A stretch of 64,000 bases of DNA, from NCBI RefSeq assembly GCF_009914755.1, contig NC_060927.1; one strand, 5' to 3'. A program made the position numbers and the translations under genes. Shown here in pieces: positions 30,641-45,085 of the stretch (its first letter is position 1; the number at the start of each line of letters is the position of its first letter). A model generated the notes under the pieces. It saw only the letters and a program-made list of their open reading frames with translations, was not told where the DNA came from and made no database searches. This DNA comes from the human T2T-CHM13v2.0 reference genome, Homo sapiens.

Positions 30641-31786
30641 GGGAGGGAATACACAGCATGAAGGTGAAGTGGATCACCTGTGGGATACGGGATAGATTGG
30701 GTGAAAAGGAGAGTCCTGGGAGGGGACTAGTAAGGGAGAAATAGAGAACCTCTTAAATTATCTAAATTATATTCTTATTTTAATGGAAAAATTTGGAAAT
30801 TTTTGCCATTCCAGCTTTGAAGAGCTAAGAAGCGCTTATTTGGGCCAAAGTCAGGGCAGAGAAATAAAGTGGTAAATAAGGAAGTAATACTGGATATCAT
30901 TATTTAAATCTAAATGCACAAAGGAGTTTAAATGAAGTGACAGGTCCATTTAATGAGAAGTAATATTTTTAGCACTGTTGGTAATAACTAATTGAATGAC
31001 TGAGTATGTGTGGAGCTAAGAAACCCTATAGCTAGAGAGAACAAGAGGAATGTGAAAGTGGAGCATCCAAAGTCTCACAACTTTTGACTTGGAAGAATCA
31101 GCTTATTTCTACTTCCTTTAGTGGTGGCATTCAGAGTTACCCCATCACTGGAGGAAAGGAGACTCAACCTGGGATTTGTTTGTCCTTATTCTACCACGTC
31201 TTATTATACATGTTTATAGGTCAGTTTTCTTTTTTTTTTCTTTGTGAATACAAAGGCTGGCACAGTACCTTGAATGTAATGGATTTCTGGTAAATATTGA
31301 AATACATGAGTAAGAAAAAAAATATATACCTAATTGGTCCTGGTTTCTACTTCTTATTTTTGTTTGGGAGCAAAACATATTGTACTCTAAAATCACACTT
31401 AAGATGAATTTAATATTATATTCCAGCTAGTCATATGTACTCTATACCTATTTTTAAGGTATTAATGATATACTCGTGATGTAAGAATCTGAGGACAAAA
31501 TCCAGTTAATTTCCATGTGAAAAAAGTCTTGAGAGTAAAATATTCAGCAATAATATGTTAAATTGATGAAGTCCTTATAATGAAAATTGGGTTGAGTTGG
31601 CTATTCCTGTTTCCAAATATACTTCTACTTCTTCACTATGATATGGCCACATGAATTTGAGGTGTTAATAATTTTCCAAAATAGAAAAATCTTATTGATA
31701 TTTTGTAAGTCTTGTAATTCACTCTATTTTCTTAGGAAAATCTAGGTTTATAATTTTAGAACTCTGGTAGTTCCTTCATTAACTTA

Positions 31787-34069
31787 TGGCATGGTTTATC
31801 TCTGTGTCTCCACGCAAATATCAAATTGTTGCTCCTATAAATCCTATGTGTTGTGGGAGGCATCTGATGGGAGATGATTGAATCATGGGGGCGGGTCGTT
31901 CCCGTGCTGGTCTCGTGATAGTGAACGGGTCTCACAAGATCTGATGGTTTTAAAAAACAGAAGTTTCTCTGCACAAGCTTTTTTTTTTTTTTGCCATCCA
32001 CATAAGATGTGACTTGCTCCTTCTTGCCTCCCCAGCCATGTGGAACTGTAAGTCCATTAAACCTTTTTCTTTTGCAAATTGCCCAGTCTCTGGTATGTCT
32101 TTATCAGGTGTGTGAAAACGAACTAACACAGCAAATTAGTACCAGTAGAGTGAGGCATTGCTAAAAAGATACCCGAAAATGTGGAAGCGATTTTGGAACT
32201 GGGTAACAGGCAGAAGTTGGAACAGTTGGGAGGGCTCAGAAGAAGACAGAAAAATGTGGGAAAGTTCAGAACTTTCTAGAGACTTGTTAAATGGCTTTGA
32301 CAAAAATGCTGATAGTGATATGAACAATAAGGTCCAGGCTGAAGTGGTCTTAGATAGAGATGAGGAACTTGCTGGCAACTGGAGCAAAAGTGACTCTTGT
32401 TATGTTTTAGCAAAGAGACTGGTGGCATTTTGCCCCTGGCCTAGAGATTTGTGAAACTTTTAACTTGAGAGAGATGATTTACGGTATCTGGCAGAAGAAA
32501 TTTCTAAGCAGCAAGGCATTCAAGATGTGACTTAGATGCTGTTAAAGGCATTCAGTTTTATTGGAGCATAAAAGTTCAGAAAGTTTGCAACCTGATAATG
32601 CAATAGAAAAGAAAATTCCATTTTCTGAGGAGAAATTCAAGCTGCCTACAGAAATTTGCATAAGTAACGAAAAGCCAAATGTTAGTCCTCAAGACAATGA
32701 GGAAAATGTTTCCAGGGCATGTCAGAGGTTTGCATGGCAGCCCCTCCCATCACAGGCCCAGAGGCCTAGGAGAAAAAAGTGATTCCATGAGCTGGGTCCA
32801 GGATCCCCTGCTGTGTGCAGCCTAGGGACTTGGTGCCCTGCATCCCAGCCACTCCAGCTGTGGTTCAAAGGGGCCAACATAGAGCTTGGACTGTTGCTTC
32901 AGAGGGTGTCACCCTCAAGCCTTGGTAGCTTTCATATGGTGTTGAGCCTGCAAGTGCACAGAAGTCAAAAGTTGAGGTTTGGGAACCTCTGCCTAGATTT
33001 CAAAAGATGTATGGAAATACCTGGATACCCATGCAGTGTTTGCTGCAGGGGTGGAGCCCTCATGGAGAACCTCTGCTAGAGCAGTGCAGAAGGGAAAAGT
33101 GAGGTGGGAGCCCACACACAGAGTTCCTGCTGGAGGACTGCTTAGTAGAGCTGTGAGATAATGGCCACCATCCTCCAGACCCCAGAATGGTAGATGCACT
33201 GACAGCTTGCACTGTGCACCTGGAAAAGCCACAGATACTCAATGCCAGCCATGAAGGCAACTGGGTGGGAGACTGTACCCTGCACAGCCACAGGGACAGA
33301 GCTGCTCAAGATCGTGGGAACCCATCTCTTGCATCAGCATGACCTGGATGTGATACCTGGAGTCAAAGGAGATCATTTTGGAGCTTTAAGATTTGACTGC
33401 ACTGCTACATTTTGGACTTGCATGGGGCCTGTAACTCCTTCATTTTAGCCATTTTCTCACATTTGGAATGGTTGTATTTGCCCAGTGCCTGTACCCCCAT
33501 TGTATCTAGGAAGTAACTAACTTGCTTTTGATTTTACAGGCTCATAGGCAGAAGAGACTTGCCTTGTCTCAGATAAGACTTTGGACTGTGAATTTTTGAG
33601 TTTATGCTGAAATCAGCTGAGACTTTGGGGCACTGTTGGGAAAGCATGATTAATTTTGAAATGTAAAAATATGAGATTTGGGAGGGGTGAGGAGCAGAAT
33701 GATATGGCTTGGCTCTGTGTCCCCTCCCAAATCTCATCTTTTAGCTCCCATAATTCCCACGTGTTGTGGGAGGGACCTGGTGGGAGATCATTGAATCATG
33801 GCGTCAGGTCTTTCCTGTGCTGTTCTTGTGATAGTAAATGGGTCTCACAAGATCTGATGGTTTTAAAAAACGGGAGTTTCTCTGCACAAGCTCTGGTTTT
33901 TTGCTTGCTGCCATCCGAGTAAGATGTGACTTGCTCCTCCTTGCCTTCTGCCATGATTGTGAGGCCTCCCCAGCCATGTGGAACTGTAAGTCCAATTAAA
34001 TCTCTTTCTTTTGTAAATTCCACAGTCTCGGGTATGTCTTTATCAGCAGAGTGAAAACAGACTAATATA
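31787..34069 (+). mobile_element. Complete THE1 (THE1B-like) provirus: 5' LTR 31787-32130, internal 32131-33699, 3' LTR 33700-34069
   Basis: Two direct LTRs; internal begins gcaaattagtaccagtagagtg, ends with purine tract gggaggggtgaggagcagaa; 5-bp TSD actta at 31782-31786 and 34070-34074. Confidence 0.95.
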
Positions 34070-35574
34070 ACTTATATTTGAAGACAAAGTGCTCATGTTT
34101 CATCTTAAAAACATCTCTCAGCCTGACAATATATAACACCATGGACTATAGAATGCCTTCTCTAATTCAGTGGTCTTTCATTTCATCCTGTGTCATTCAT
34201 TTTCTATATCTGTCATCAATCAAATTTGTCTCTAATATATACTTGCTAAGTTTCCCTGATAATCACCTTCTCTAAAGTACCATGCCAGAACCTTTAATCT
34301 TCCCAAAAGTGTGCCTTTCTTTGGTCATAATTAAATGATAATTTTAAAGCCCTACATGGTCCCAGCTAAGAAGATGTGGGTAATAAAATGAATGTCATTT
34401 TGCTTCTGATATCTGAATTTCCTGCTGGACTGGATATAAATTAAGAAGGAAAAGAAAGTATCTTTTTGTAGATAAATGTATGAAATAAAGTTTTTGATGA
34501 TAATTACAGTTTTCCTACCTGTTTCTGAAGTTAAAATTTCATATAGAAAATTGTAATTTTTGAAAGGAGACACAATGTCTCTCTATATAGGTAACCCAGA
34601 TATCACTTATAGCCTTGACTGAGTGGTCCTGGTTTTTCTGAAGAATATTAGAGCAAGACTTAGTGTACATGGAGACATAGCACCTGCAAATTGTTTAATC
34701 CTTCATTGCTCAGAAGAGTACTATATGATTATAGGTCATACAATTCTGCAAGCGCAATGTCATCTCCCAGATTTAGCCAGATATTTTCCCTTTGATGATG
34801 GTGTATGTTTATAAATATTAGTAAGTCAATTGGGTTCTCAGGTATCTGACAATATGACACTGGAAAGAATCTTAGAATTTAGAATCTTAGAAATTATGGC
34901 ATTATTCAGTCAGAATCTGGTCTGCTTGAATACTTGTAAGACTGTGGGCTCTGGCACATGTTTAAGCCCTCAAACACCTCCCAGACATTCCCTGGGGGTG
35001 ACTCATCCAGTTTTAAGTATCACTGACTATATGCCTCACTGCTTCTTTTCACTTCCATATAGAAAGCTTATGGATCTTTGGGGAAATGTGAGAAATGAGT
35101 TTCAAAAGAGGCTTTAACAAGTGAATGGCACAGAGTTTGCACTGTGGAGGAAGAAAGGCAATGGGGGAAGTAATTAAAGTATTTAGAGATTCATTTAATT
35201 TACCAAGCTAAATAAAGGAGCTATGGGTTGAGCTGTCCCATGGTTAACATTACACAGGAACACTACTATTTTCTTTCATTCTTCTCTGGAAACAATCTTG
35301 AATCATATTCTTCCAGTTACTTCACAAAATGTGGTGCTTGTGAGAAATTACATGTTATTGAGATGTGGTATTCAGTCATTGAGATGTATAATTTGACCTG
35401 AAGTAAAGGAGCTCACACAAAGCTTTCCACCTAGACTGTAACCTAGTCATTTGACAGAGTAGTCTTAGGGGTTGTGAAATGGGAGATGACACATATTCCT
35501 CTTCTTTTTTATCTGTTTATTGGTAAAACAGTGCATACCGAGCTTGGCTCAGAACATTCTTTATTCTGTACATA

Positions 35575-36930
35575 ACTGATTATATCCTTCAGTGTTTCCA
35601 CTTCACGTACTGCAGATTCCAAAGTCCTGAGTGTGGCCTAATAGGACCCTCCCAGCATGGCTTCTAGCTCCTTTATCCAGCCTCCTTCTTCCTTACCACT
35701 CCTCCCAATGCAGATGCCTGGTTTTGTCATTAAAAGTGTCTGTAATTCTTGCAAGGTTCTCACAGGTACATGTCGGCAGATGCTTTCTCTCCTATTCTTT
35801 TCTTCAACACAAGCCCAAGCTTCACTTCCTTTATGAAGGTATAAACCAAAAATTATCTGAGACAAGTCTTAATCAGTTTAGTTTATTTTGCCAAGGTTAA
35901 GGACATGCCCATGACACACCCTCAGGAGTTCCTGATGGTATGTGCCAAGGTGGTCTAGCTACAGCTTAGTTTTATACATTTTAGGGAGACATAAGACATC
36001 AATCAGTACATGTAAGATGTACATTGGTTCTGTCTGAAAAGACAAAACAACTCAAAGTGTGGGCTTCCAGGTCATAGGTGGATTCAGAGATTTTCCAATT
36101 GGCAATTGGTTGAAAAAGTTTATCTAAAGACCTGGAATCCATAGAAGGGAGTGTCTGGGTTAAGACAAGGGGTTGTGGAAACCAAGGTTCTTATTATGCC
36201 GATGAAGCTTACAGGTAACAGGCTTGAGAAAGAAAAGATTGTAAATGTTTCTTATCAGACTTAAAAAAGATACCAGACTCCTTTAATTCTCTCCTGGATC
36301 AGGGAAAAGAACTGGAAAAGGAAAGAAATTCTGTACAGAATTTAGATTTTCCCCACAAGGGACAACTTTGCAGGGACATTTCAAAATATTTCAAAGAAAT
36401 ACATTTTAGGGTAAAATACTTCAATTTCTTTCAGAGCCTGCTATCTGTTGTGTAACACAATACCAGAGTCAGGCTAGAATTCAGTGTCTTTTTGCTACAA
36501 AAAGTCTTAAAAACCTCTGTTTTAATGTTAATGTTGGTTAGTTGTGCCTGATTCCAAAGGGAGGAGGGCGTAAGGAGGTATGTATGACCTCCACTTCCCA
36601 TCACGGCCTGAACTGGGTTCTCACATTAACTTTGAAATGGCCTTGGCCTAGAAGAGGGGTTCATTCAGATGGTTAGAGGGCTTAGAATTTTATTTTTAGC
36701 TTACAAAGGTAACACTTCTTACATCTTAAAAAGTTTTTCTGCTCCCACAACTCCTACAGCTTTTATAGCACTGATCACATTTCAATAGTTCTGCCTCCTG
36801 AACCAGAACATAAGTTCCTGGAAGATAAGAAGTGAGCCATTTTATAGTTTCATCCCTTATCTTTCCACCCCTTAGAGCACAGCAGTTCCCGAAATAAAAT
36901 AGGAGATCCATGCATTTTTGAAATGTATTT
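35575..36930 (+). mobile_element. L2 3' region split by a MER4 LTR
   Basis: ttccaaagtcctgagtgtggcctaataggaccctcc before the LTR; tatagcactgatcacattt...ataagttcctggaagataag after it. Confidence 0.6.
35840..36705 (-). mobile_element. MER4-family (MER4D-like) ERV1 solo LTR
   Basis: Ends t(a)taaaccaaaaattatctgagacaag... and gggcttagaattttatttttagcttaca; 4-bp TSD aagg at 35836-35839 and 36706-36709. Confidence 0.88.
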
Positions 36931-36963
36931 TTTAAAATGATTCATCTCTCCATGTAAGAGAAG

Positions 36964-37512
36964 TGTTGTAGGTGGTTTCTAAGATGGTCTCCAAAATCCT
37001 CTGCCTCCCGTATTCATGCTTTTGTAAAATTCCCTCCCCTTCAGTTGGATTTCATGACTCACTTCTAGAGAAGATAATGCAGCAGAGGGAATGGGGTGTC
37101 ACTTCCAAGATTAGGTTACAAAAAGTCTGTGATGGCCATCTTGGTCACTCTCTCTTGTTCTCTCTCTCTTCTTTTTTGAGGAAGGCAGCTGCCATGTTAG
37201 GAGTACATGATGAAAAGGTCTACATTTCATCTGAAAGAGGATTCTGGTCAGCAGTCAGAGAGGAAATAAGGTCCTCAGCCCAGTATCCTGAGAAGAACTG
37301 AAATTCTGCCAACAACCATAATGTGAATGAATTTAAAAGCAAATTGTTCCCCAATTTCTACTTCAAAGGAAACTGCAATGCCCTGAGAGACCTTGAGTCA
37401 GAGGCACCCAGCTAAGCTGGGCCAGTATTCCTGATCCACCAACACTGTGATCATGTCGTAGTAAGCTTCCAAATTGTGGGCCATCTGTTACACTATAAGA
37501 GATAATAAATAG
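36964..37512 (+). mobile_element. MLT1 (MLT1F-like) LTR
   Basis: ttctaagatggtctcc; gtcacttccaagattaggttacaaaa; gaactgaaattctgccaacaacca; cacccagctaagctg. Confidence 0.8.
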
Positions 37513-37709
37513 AGGGAGTAAAGAGTTACATTAAATAATAAAACTCTAAATTACACAGTGTTGTGCCATGAGTTTGGTATTGTAACAACAATAGTTTAGG
37601 TTTTACTCTGCTTTGTAAAGCAGAAAGAAAGATTGCAATTTCAGGAGAGAAAGAAGCGCAATCCTTTCAGGACAGGAGAGAAAGAAAAGCAATCCTTCAA
37701 AAATAATTT

Positions 37710-38057
<348 letters not shown>

Positions 38058-38104
38058 TTATTACAGCATCTGGGAATACAACAATAACAAAAGCAGGAAT
38101 ATGA

Positions 38105-38600
38105 TTCAGTTCCAGTTAATGGTGAAATAGCATGTATTGAACTAGCCATCATACTGTTAACAATGATAAATCTGGGGGAAAAAAATATTTGAAGCTATCT
38201 GAAAGCGCAGGAGAGTGACCAAAAGCAGACAGAAACTGAAGAAGGCTTGAAAGAAAGTAAGAGATTCATGTTTATAAGTTATTCCCCCAGGAAATCCCTC
38301 AGTCAGCAGAGGGATATAGAGCAGCTAGAACTTAAAAAGAAAGCTGAGATCTCACTAGTTTAATGATGGAAGGATGGATTTTAGGCTGCCAAAGTCATTT
38401 CAACTTTCGAGAGAAGACGTGGTCCTGGAAGGGAGGGAGTCACAAAGTAGATGTATTGAGAATATACAAATGATTCCTAAAACTTTGTAGGAAAGAAAAA
38501 CTACTCAATTTTAGAAAATGGGCAAAAGAATTAGACACTCAAAACATCATATTTTATATGCATGTTTCACTGTATGTATTTTTTCATACAAAATTTTAAA
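38105..38600 (+). mobile_element. Old L1M fragments (5'-end type plus short 3' pieces)
   Basis: ggagagtgaccaaaagcagacagaaactg resembles L1ME 5' ends; aaaatgggcaaaagaattagacact resembles ORF2. Confidence 0.45.
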
Positions 38601-38738
38601 GAAGAGAACAAAAGCAAAGCATACACCATTCTTATTCACATGGAAATCACATTTTAGACTAATATAATTTTATTTTAACTGGTTAATTAATAACTTGAGG
38701 AGTTAGATTTGAATATGAGAATGATCAGAATAATAAGG

Positions 38739-39666
38739 TATAAACTCAAAATAAAATCCTAAGGCCAACACCAACTGAATAAACACCCCTGTGGCCAAGG
38801 GGACCCCAGGACAACCTTAAAATTGAATTCCTAGGCATGACAGTATGGGGGATCAGACATGCCTCACTATACCCCACTCCCTTTTATGATTTAGATACAG
38901 TAACTGATCAGCATTAATGTCAAAATACAGATCATAAGACTGACAGAACAGTCTCTTTGTAAAAGATACCAATTTATAAACAGGACCTAAGGCCATGCCA
39001 GGCAAGGGCTACATCATGCACCTCTATTAATACATTTAAAGAATAAGCTATGCTCTAACTGCCGTTAAGATTTTTCTTTTTCTCTCCCAGATAAACAAGC
39101 ACTGTTCATGAGATAAGCAATATTAAAACAACTTGTAACTTCACCAGATGCTGACTAACTGACCCCTAGCTCCTGTTCCACCAGCTATAACTACAGCTTT
39201 CATTGAACAAGAGACTGATTTTAGTAACTCTCTCAGATAAGACCACTGACCATGGATTGGCTCCAGCTTGTTTACAGAGATTGCACGCTTACATGCCTTT
39301 GTGTTCTGAAAGGACCTTTTGATGTATAAGGCCTAATTGTAATACATCTGAATATTAAGTTTCCATCTCAAATTGAATATAGGTCTTATGTTACCTGCAT
39401 GTTTTTGCGATACACGTGTGTCAGGACCACTTTCATGCATATTCGTAGCTCTTCCTGTAGGCTGTTGAATACATATGTTTAGCGAACCTATTCAGCATAA
39501 AGCTGTACCACAATCCCTCTTCCTTTAAAGTGCCTGGTGGCACTTGTCTGGTGGCCGTACTTCCCAACCTGCGGGATGGCCACCTTACAGGCTATAACCC
39601 TTTATAAGAAATAAAATCTTCTCTCCTTCCCAAATTTATACACTGTGATTATTTTTTAAGTTGGCA
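38739..39666 (+). mobile_element. MER4-group (MER49-like) ERV1 solo LTR
   Basis: t(a)taaactcaaaataaaatcctaagg...tggccaaggggaccccag; aataaa near 39610; ends aagttggca; 4-bp TSD aagg at 38735-38738 and 39667-39670. Confidence 0.82.
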
Positions 39667-41199
39667 AAGGGTAAATGCATAATAAAATCTAGTGGGGTGT
39701 ATGCAAACAGATACAGTGAACCTCAAAAGAACAATTGAAATACTTAACGAGGAGTTTGCCACTATGTGATACTGCCTGGCTCTGGTGAGTGAGATGCTTT
39801 ACCAAGTTTTGCAGATACCCAGGTTCATGTAAATTTTTTGCCACACCTTGAGCTTAGTCTAGCAGGCAAGAAAGGTGATTATATGCCTTTCCCAAACGGG
39901 TGTCTTCAGTGCACACCAAACCTGGGACTTGTGGGAAGGTTAGACCCAGCAGAGAATGACTTTGGCATAGACACTGTTTAGATTTACCTTTGCATGATAA
40001 TAACAACAGCAGACTGACTTTCAGTCAGTTTTATTTTTGCTTTTATATTCTCTGCCAAGAATGAAGAAAAGTACACCCATATTGTCTGCACCAGGGCTGA
40101 TTTCTACCATTTGTTCCTTAGCATAGCATTGAAATCTCCATTTGTTAAAAGAGTTTAAAGATAGGACACTCTTCTTTACTTATCCACCATAGTCTCCCAA
40201 ATTCTTAACAATTCCAGATTGTTTTGCTTCACCTTCCTCCATCTGCATAATGGAAAGAATGCTAAACAGAGACAGACTCAAGAAACCTGGGAGTTGCAAC
40301 TCTATCTTTGCCACATAATCATATGTGTTAAATGAGATAAGTATATGGAACTGAGATCACACTCTCCTTTGAAATTTAAATGAAATTGCTCAAGATCACT
40401 AACTCACAATTTTGTGATTTTGTGAATTCCTAGGGATTTAGTTCCCCATAATTACAACTGATTCTGAGTCGCCATCTCTCCTCACTTCCTTGTTTCAGTA
40501 TCTTCTTTACTCCAAAGTTGTTCTCTTCTCTGTCTTCTTTCAGACCCAGGTGTGAATACACAATGTCATTTTCTAGATTTTTACCAAATTCTCTCACCCA
40601 AGAAAGGAAATTATGTGTGTTGAAGACTGTACTGAAATTTTGGGTCAGGAAAATGATTACAATCCAATAACATATATAATTAAAACTGAATATTAGACCT
40701 CGCTACTGATAAGTCCTGTAGGGGCCCCATCCATGGACTTGTTCAGTAGCATGTTTTTTCAAGTACCAACTCAAAACATGTCACCTGGTTGTCTGTTCCT
40801 CATACTCTCTTCCCAGCTAGCCTATCTTTTTCTCCAAGCATATATGTATGTGCTTTTCCAAACAGAAGTCTACCTATCTACTCTGGATCCTAAATTTAAG
40901 TAGCCCAGAAAAATAGGCAGAAACTAGGCATTCTGTTCTGTCTTTTTTCTCTCCTCACAACACTCTATAGTAAAAAGAATAAAGATATTTGTCCCCACTG
41001 AGATGGTTTACATCATCCCTCAGAGATGAAAAGCTATTATATTACAGTTAGCTGTCTTTTTAAATATAAATGCTTTTCCCCACAATGTACATATATGTTT
41101 AGCACATAAAAGTAATTTAATTAATTTCTGTTTCATTTCTGTACTATTGGTCAGATTGCTTCACCTTCCTTGGCCTTGCTACCCATTTAACAAAGCCTC

Positions 41200-42060
41200 A
41201 GTGCTGAACACTGCAAAGCCATGGGGGTGGAGCTACTCAAGGCCTTGAAAGCTCACCCTTGCATGAGTGTGCCCTGGATGTGGGACATGGAGTCAAAAGG
41301 AGATTATTGTGAAACTTAAAGTTTTAATGAATGCCATGCTGGATTGCAGACTTGTGTGGGGCTTGTAGCTCCTTTCTTTTGGCTGATTTATCCCTTTTGG
41401 AAAGGGAATGTTTACCTAATGCTCATACTCACATGGTATTTTGGAAGTAACTAACTTGTTTGTTATTTTACAGGTTCAAAGGTGGAAAGTACTTGCCTTT
41501 CTTAGATAAGATTTTGGACTTAGGACTTTTGAGTTAATACTGGAATGAGTTAAGACTTTGGGGGGATTATTGTGAAGGTATAATTGTATTTTGAAATATG
41601 AGAAGGATATGAGATTTGGGAGGGGCCAGGGGCAGAATCATATAGTTTGGATGTGCGTTCCTGACCAAATATCATATTGAAATGTAATCCCCAATGTTGG
41701 AGGGGGCCTGGTGGAAAGGGATTGTATCCTGGCACAGGGTTATTAATGAATGGCTTGGCACCATCCCCTTAGTACTGGCCTCACAATAATGAGTGAGTTC
41801 TCACAAGATCTGATTGTTTTAATGTGTATGGCACCTCCCCACTTTTTCTTGTTCCTGCTTTTGACATGTAAAATTTCTTCTCCCACGTCACCTTTTTCCA
41901 TGATTGTAAGTTTTCTCAGACTTCTCCAGAAGCCAAGAAGATGCCAGCATTATGCTTTCTGTGCAGCCTGCAGAACTGTGATCCAACTAAACCTCTTTTT
42001 TCTTATAAGTTACCCAGTCTCAGGTATTTCTTTATAGCAATGAAAGAACAGCCTAATACA
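41200..42060 (+). mobile_element. MSTA-like element: 3' end of internal region (41200-41637) plus LTR (41638-42060)
   Basis: Internal homologous to the THE1-int end at 33290-33699; purine tract gggaggggccaggggcagaa; LTR tatagtttggatgtg...gcctaataca. Confidence 0.88.
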
Positions 42061-45000
42061 TAATCTTACTCAAACTTTTCTGAAAAATAGAGAAGGAAAG
42101 AATCCTTCCAAACTCATTCTATGAGGCCAGTGTTACCCTGATACCAAACCAGACAAAGACATATTAAAAACAAACAAACAAAAAACCAGACCAATATCCC
42201 TGATGAATATTGATGCAAAAATCTTCAACAAAATAACAGCAAACCAAATTCAGAAACACATTGCAAAAATCATCCATCACTACCAAGTGGGATTTATCCC
42301 CATGATGCAAGGATGGTTCACCATACATGAATCAATCAATGTGATACATCATATTAACCAAATGAAGAAAAAAAACCATATGATCATTTCAATTAATGCT
42401 GAAAATATATTTGATAAAATTTAACATCTCATTGTGATAAAAAATCCCAACAAACTTGGTGTAGAAAGGACAAACCTCAACACAATAAAAGACATACTTG
42501 TCAGACCCACATTGTGTGTCATGTTTTATGGAGAAATACTGAAAGCCTTTCTCCTAAGATCTGAAACACGACAAGGATGCCCACTTTCACCACTGTTACT
42601 CAACATTGAACGGGAAGTCCCAACTAGAGCAATCAGACAAAAGAAAGAAATAAAGGGCATCCAAATTGGAAAGGAAGAAGTCAAATTATCCTTGTTTGCA
42701 TATACTATAATCTTAGATTTGGAAAAACCTGAAGACTACACCAAAAAAACTATTAGAACTAAGAAAAGAAATTTGTAAAATTGCAGGATACAAATCAATA
42801 TACAGATATCAGTAGCATTTTTATATGCCAATAGCAAACAATCTGAAAAAGAAATCAAGAAAGTAATCTCATTTGAAATGGCTACAAATAAAATAAAATA
42901 CCTAAGAATTAACCAAAGAAGTGAAGTATGTCTGTAGTGAAAACTGTGAAACACTGATGAAAGAAATCGAAGAGGACATAAAACACATGGAAGAATACTT
43001 CATGTTGATGTATTGGAAGAATCAGTATTGATAATATGCCCATACTAATCAAAGCAACTCACAGATTCAATGCAATTCCTACCAATATCCCAATTATATT
43101 CTTCATAGAAATAGAAAGCACAATCCTAAAATTTATATAAAACCACAAAATACCCAGAATAACCAAAGCCATGTTGAGCAAAAAAGAACAAACCTGGAGG
43201 AATCACATTACCTGGCATCAAATTGTACTATGGAGATGTCATAATCCAAACAGCATGGTATGGTACTTGCGTAAAAAGAGACACACAGGCAAGGCATGGT
43301 GGCTCACGCCTGTAATCCCAGCACTTTGGGAGGCCAAAGCGGGTGGATCACGAGGTCAGGAAATCAAGACCATCCTGGCTAACAAGTTGAAATCCCATCT
43401 CTACTAAAAAATACAAACTTTAGCCAGACGTCGTGGTGGGCACCTGTAGTCCCAGCTATCTGGGAGGCTGATTGAGGAGAACGGCATGAACCCGGGAGGT
43501 GGAGCTTGCGTGAGCTGAGATTGCGCCACTGCCCTCCAGCCTGGGCAACAGAGCGAGACTCCATCGCAAAAAAAAAAAAAAAAAAGACACATAGACCAGT
43601 GAAATATAATAAAGAACCAGAAATTAACCCATACATCTAGAGTGAACTCATTTTTGACAAAGGTGCCAAGAACATACACTAGGGAAATATAGCCTTTTCA
43701 ATAAATCGTGCTGGGAAAAGTGGGTATCTATACACAAAAGAATAAAACTACACCTCTATCTCTCACTATATACAAAGTCAAATTATAATGAATTAAACAC
43801 TTAAATCTAAGACCTCTAACTATGAAATTACTGAAAGAAAACTTTAGAGAAGCTCTCCAAGACATTGGACTGGGCAAAGATTTATTGAGTAATACCCCAC
43901 AAGCGTAGGCAACCAAAGGAAAAATGGACAAAATGGAGTTACATCAAGTTAAAAAGCTTCTACCCAGCAAAGAAAACAATCAATAAAGTCAAGAGACAAT
44001 GCACAGTGTGGGAAAAATATTTGCAAACTATCCATTTGACAAAAGATTACTAACGAGAATTTATTAAGAGCTCAAATAATTGTAAAGGAACAAATCTAAT
44101 AATTTTATTTAAAAATATGCAAAATATCTAAATAAACTTCTCTCAAAACAAGACATAAAAATGGAAAATAGGCATATGATAAGGTTCTCCACATCACTAA
44201 TCATCAGAGAAATGGCCAATCCAAATTATCATGAGATATCTCACCTTATTTAAAATTGCTTTTGTCCAAACGACAAGAAAAACAAATACTGGTGAGGAGG
44301 TGAAGAAAGGGGAACTATCAGGCACTGTTGTTTGGAATGCAAATTAGTACAGCCTCTATGGAGAACAGTGTGAAGATTCCTCAAAAAACTAAAGATAGAA
44401 CTATCATATGTGCCAGCAACCCCACTACTGGGTATTTTTCCAAAGAAAATTACATCAATATGTCAAAGATATATCTGCACTCCCATGTTCCTTGCAGCAC
44501 TATTCACAGTAGCCAAGATTTGGAAGTAATCTTTGTGTCCATCAACAGATGAATGGATAAAGACAATGTGGTATTATACAAAATGGAGTACTATTCAGCC
44601 ATAAAATATGATCTTGTCATATCATTTGCAACAACATGGATGGAAGTGTAGGTCATTATGTTAAGTGAAATAAGCCAGTCCAGTTACAGAAAGAAAAACT
44701 TTGCATGTCCTCACTCATTTGTGGGATCTAAATATTAAAACAATTGAACTCATGGAGATAGAGAGTAGAATGGTTACCAGACACTGGGGAAGGTAGTGGC
44801 ACGATACAGGGAAAGTGGGGATGATAAATGTGTACAAAAAATAATTAGAATGAATAAGATCTAAAATTTAATACCATAACAGGATGATTACACTTAATAA
44901 TAATATACATTTAAAATTCTAAAAGAATATATTGAAATTATAACATGAAGAAATGATCATGCTTGAGGTGATATATACCACATTTGCCCTGATCTGATTA

Positions 45001-45085
45001 TTACTCTTTGCATGCCTGTATCAAAATATTTCATCTAACCCATAAATATGTATGCTTACTACATACCCTTTAAAATAAATACTAC
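42061..45085 (+). mobile_element. L1MA2/3-like 3' portion (ORF2 RT region to tail), contains an AluY
   Basis: [37 protein letters not shown]; 3' UTR gaactcatggagatagagagtagaatggttaccag. Confidence 0.92.
43288..43585 (+). mobile_element. AluY
   Basis: accatcctggctaac; ggcatgaacccgggaggtggagcttgc; approximate TSD agacaca(c/t)a. Confidence 0.92.

Noticed and set aside
32158-33448. ORFs in the THE1 internal region
   Set aside because: Broken remnants of the known MaLR internal ORF, not an intact gene.
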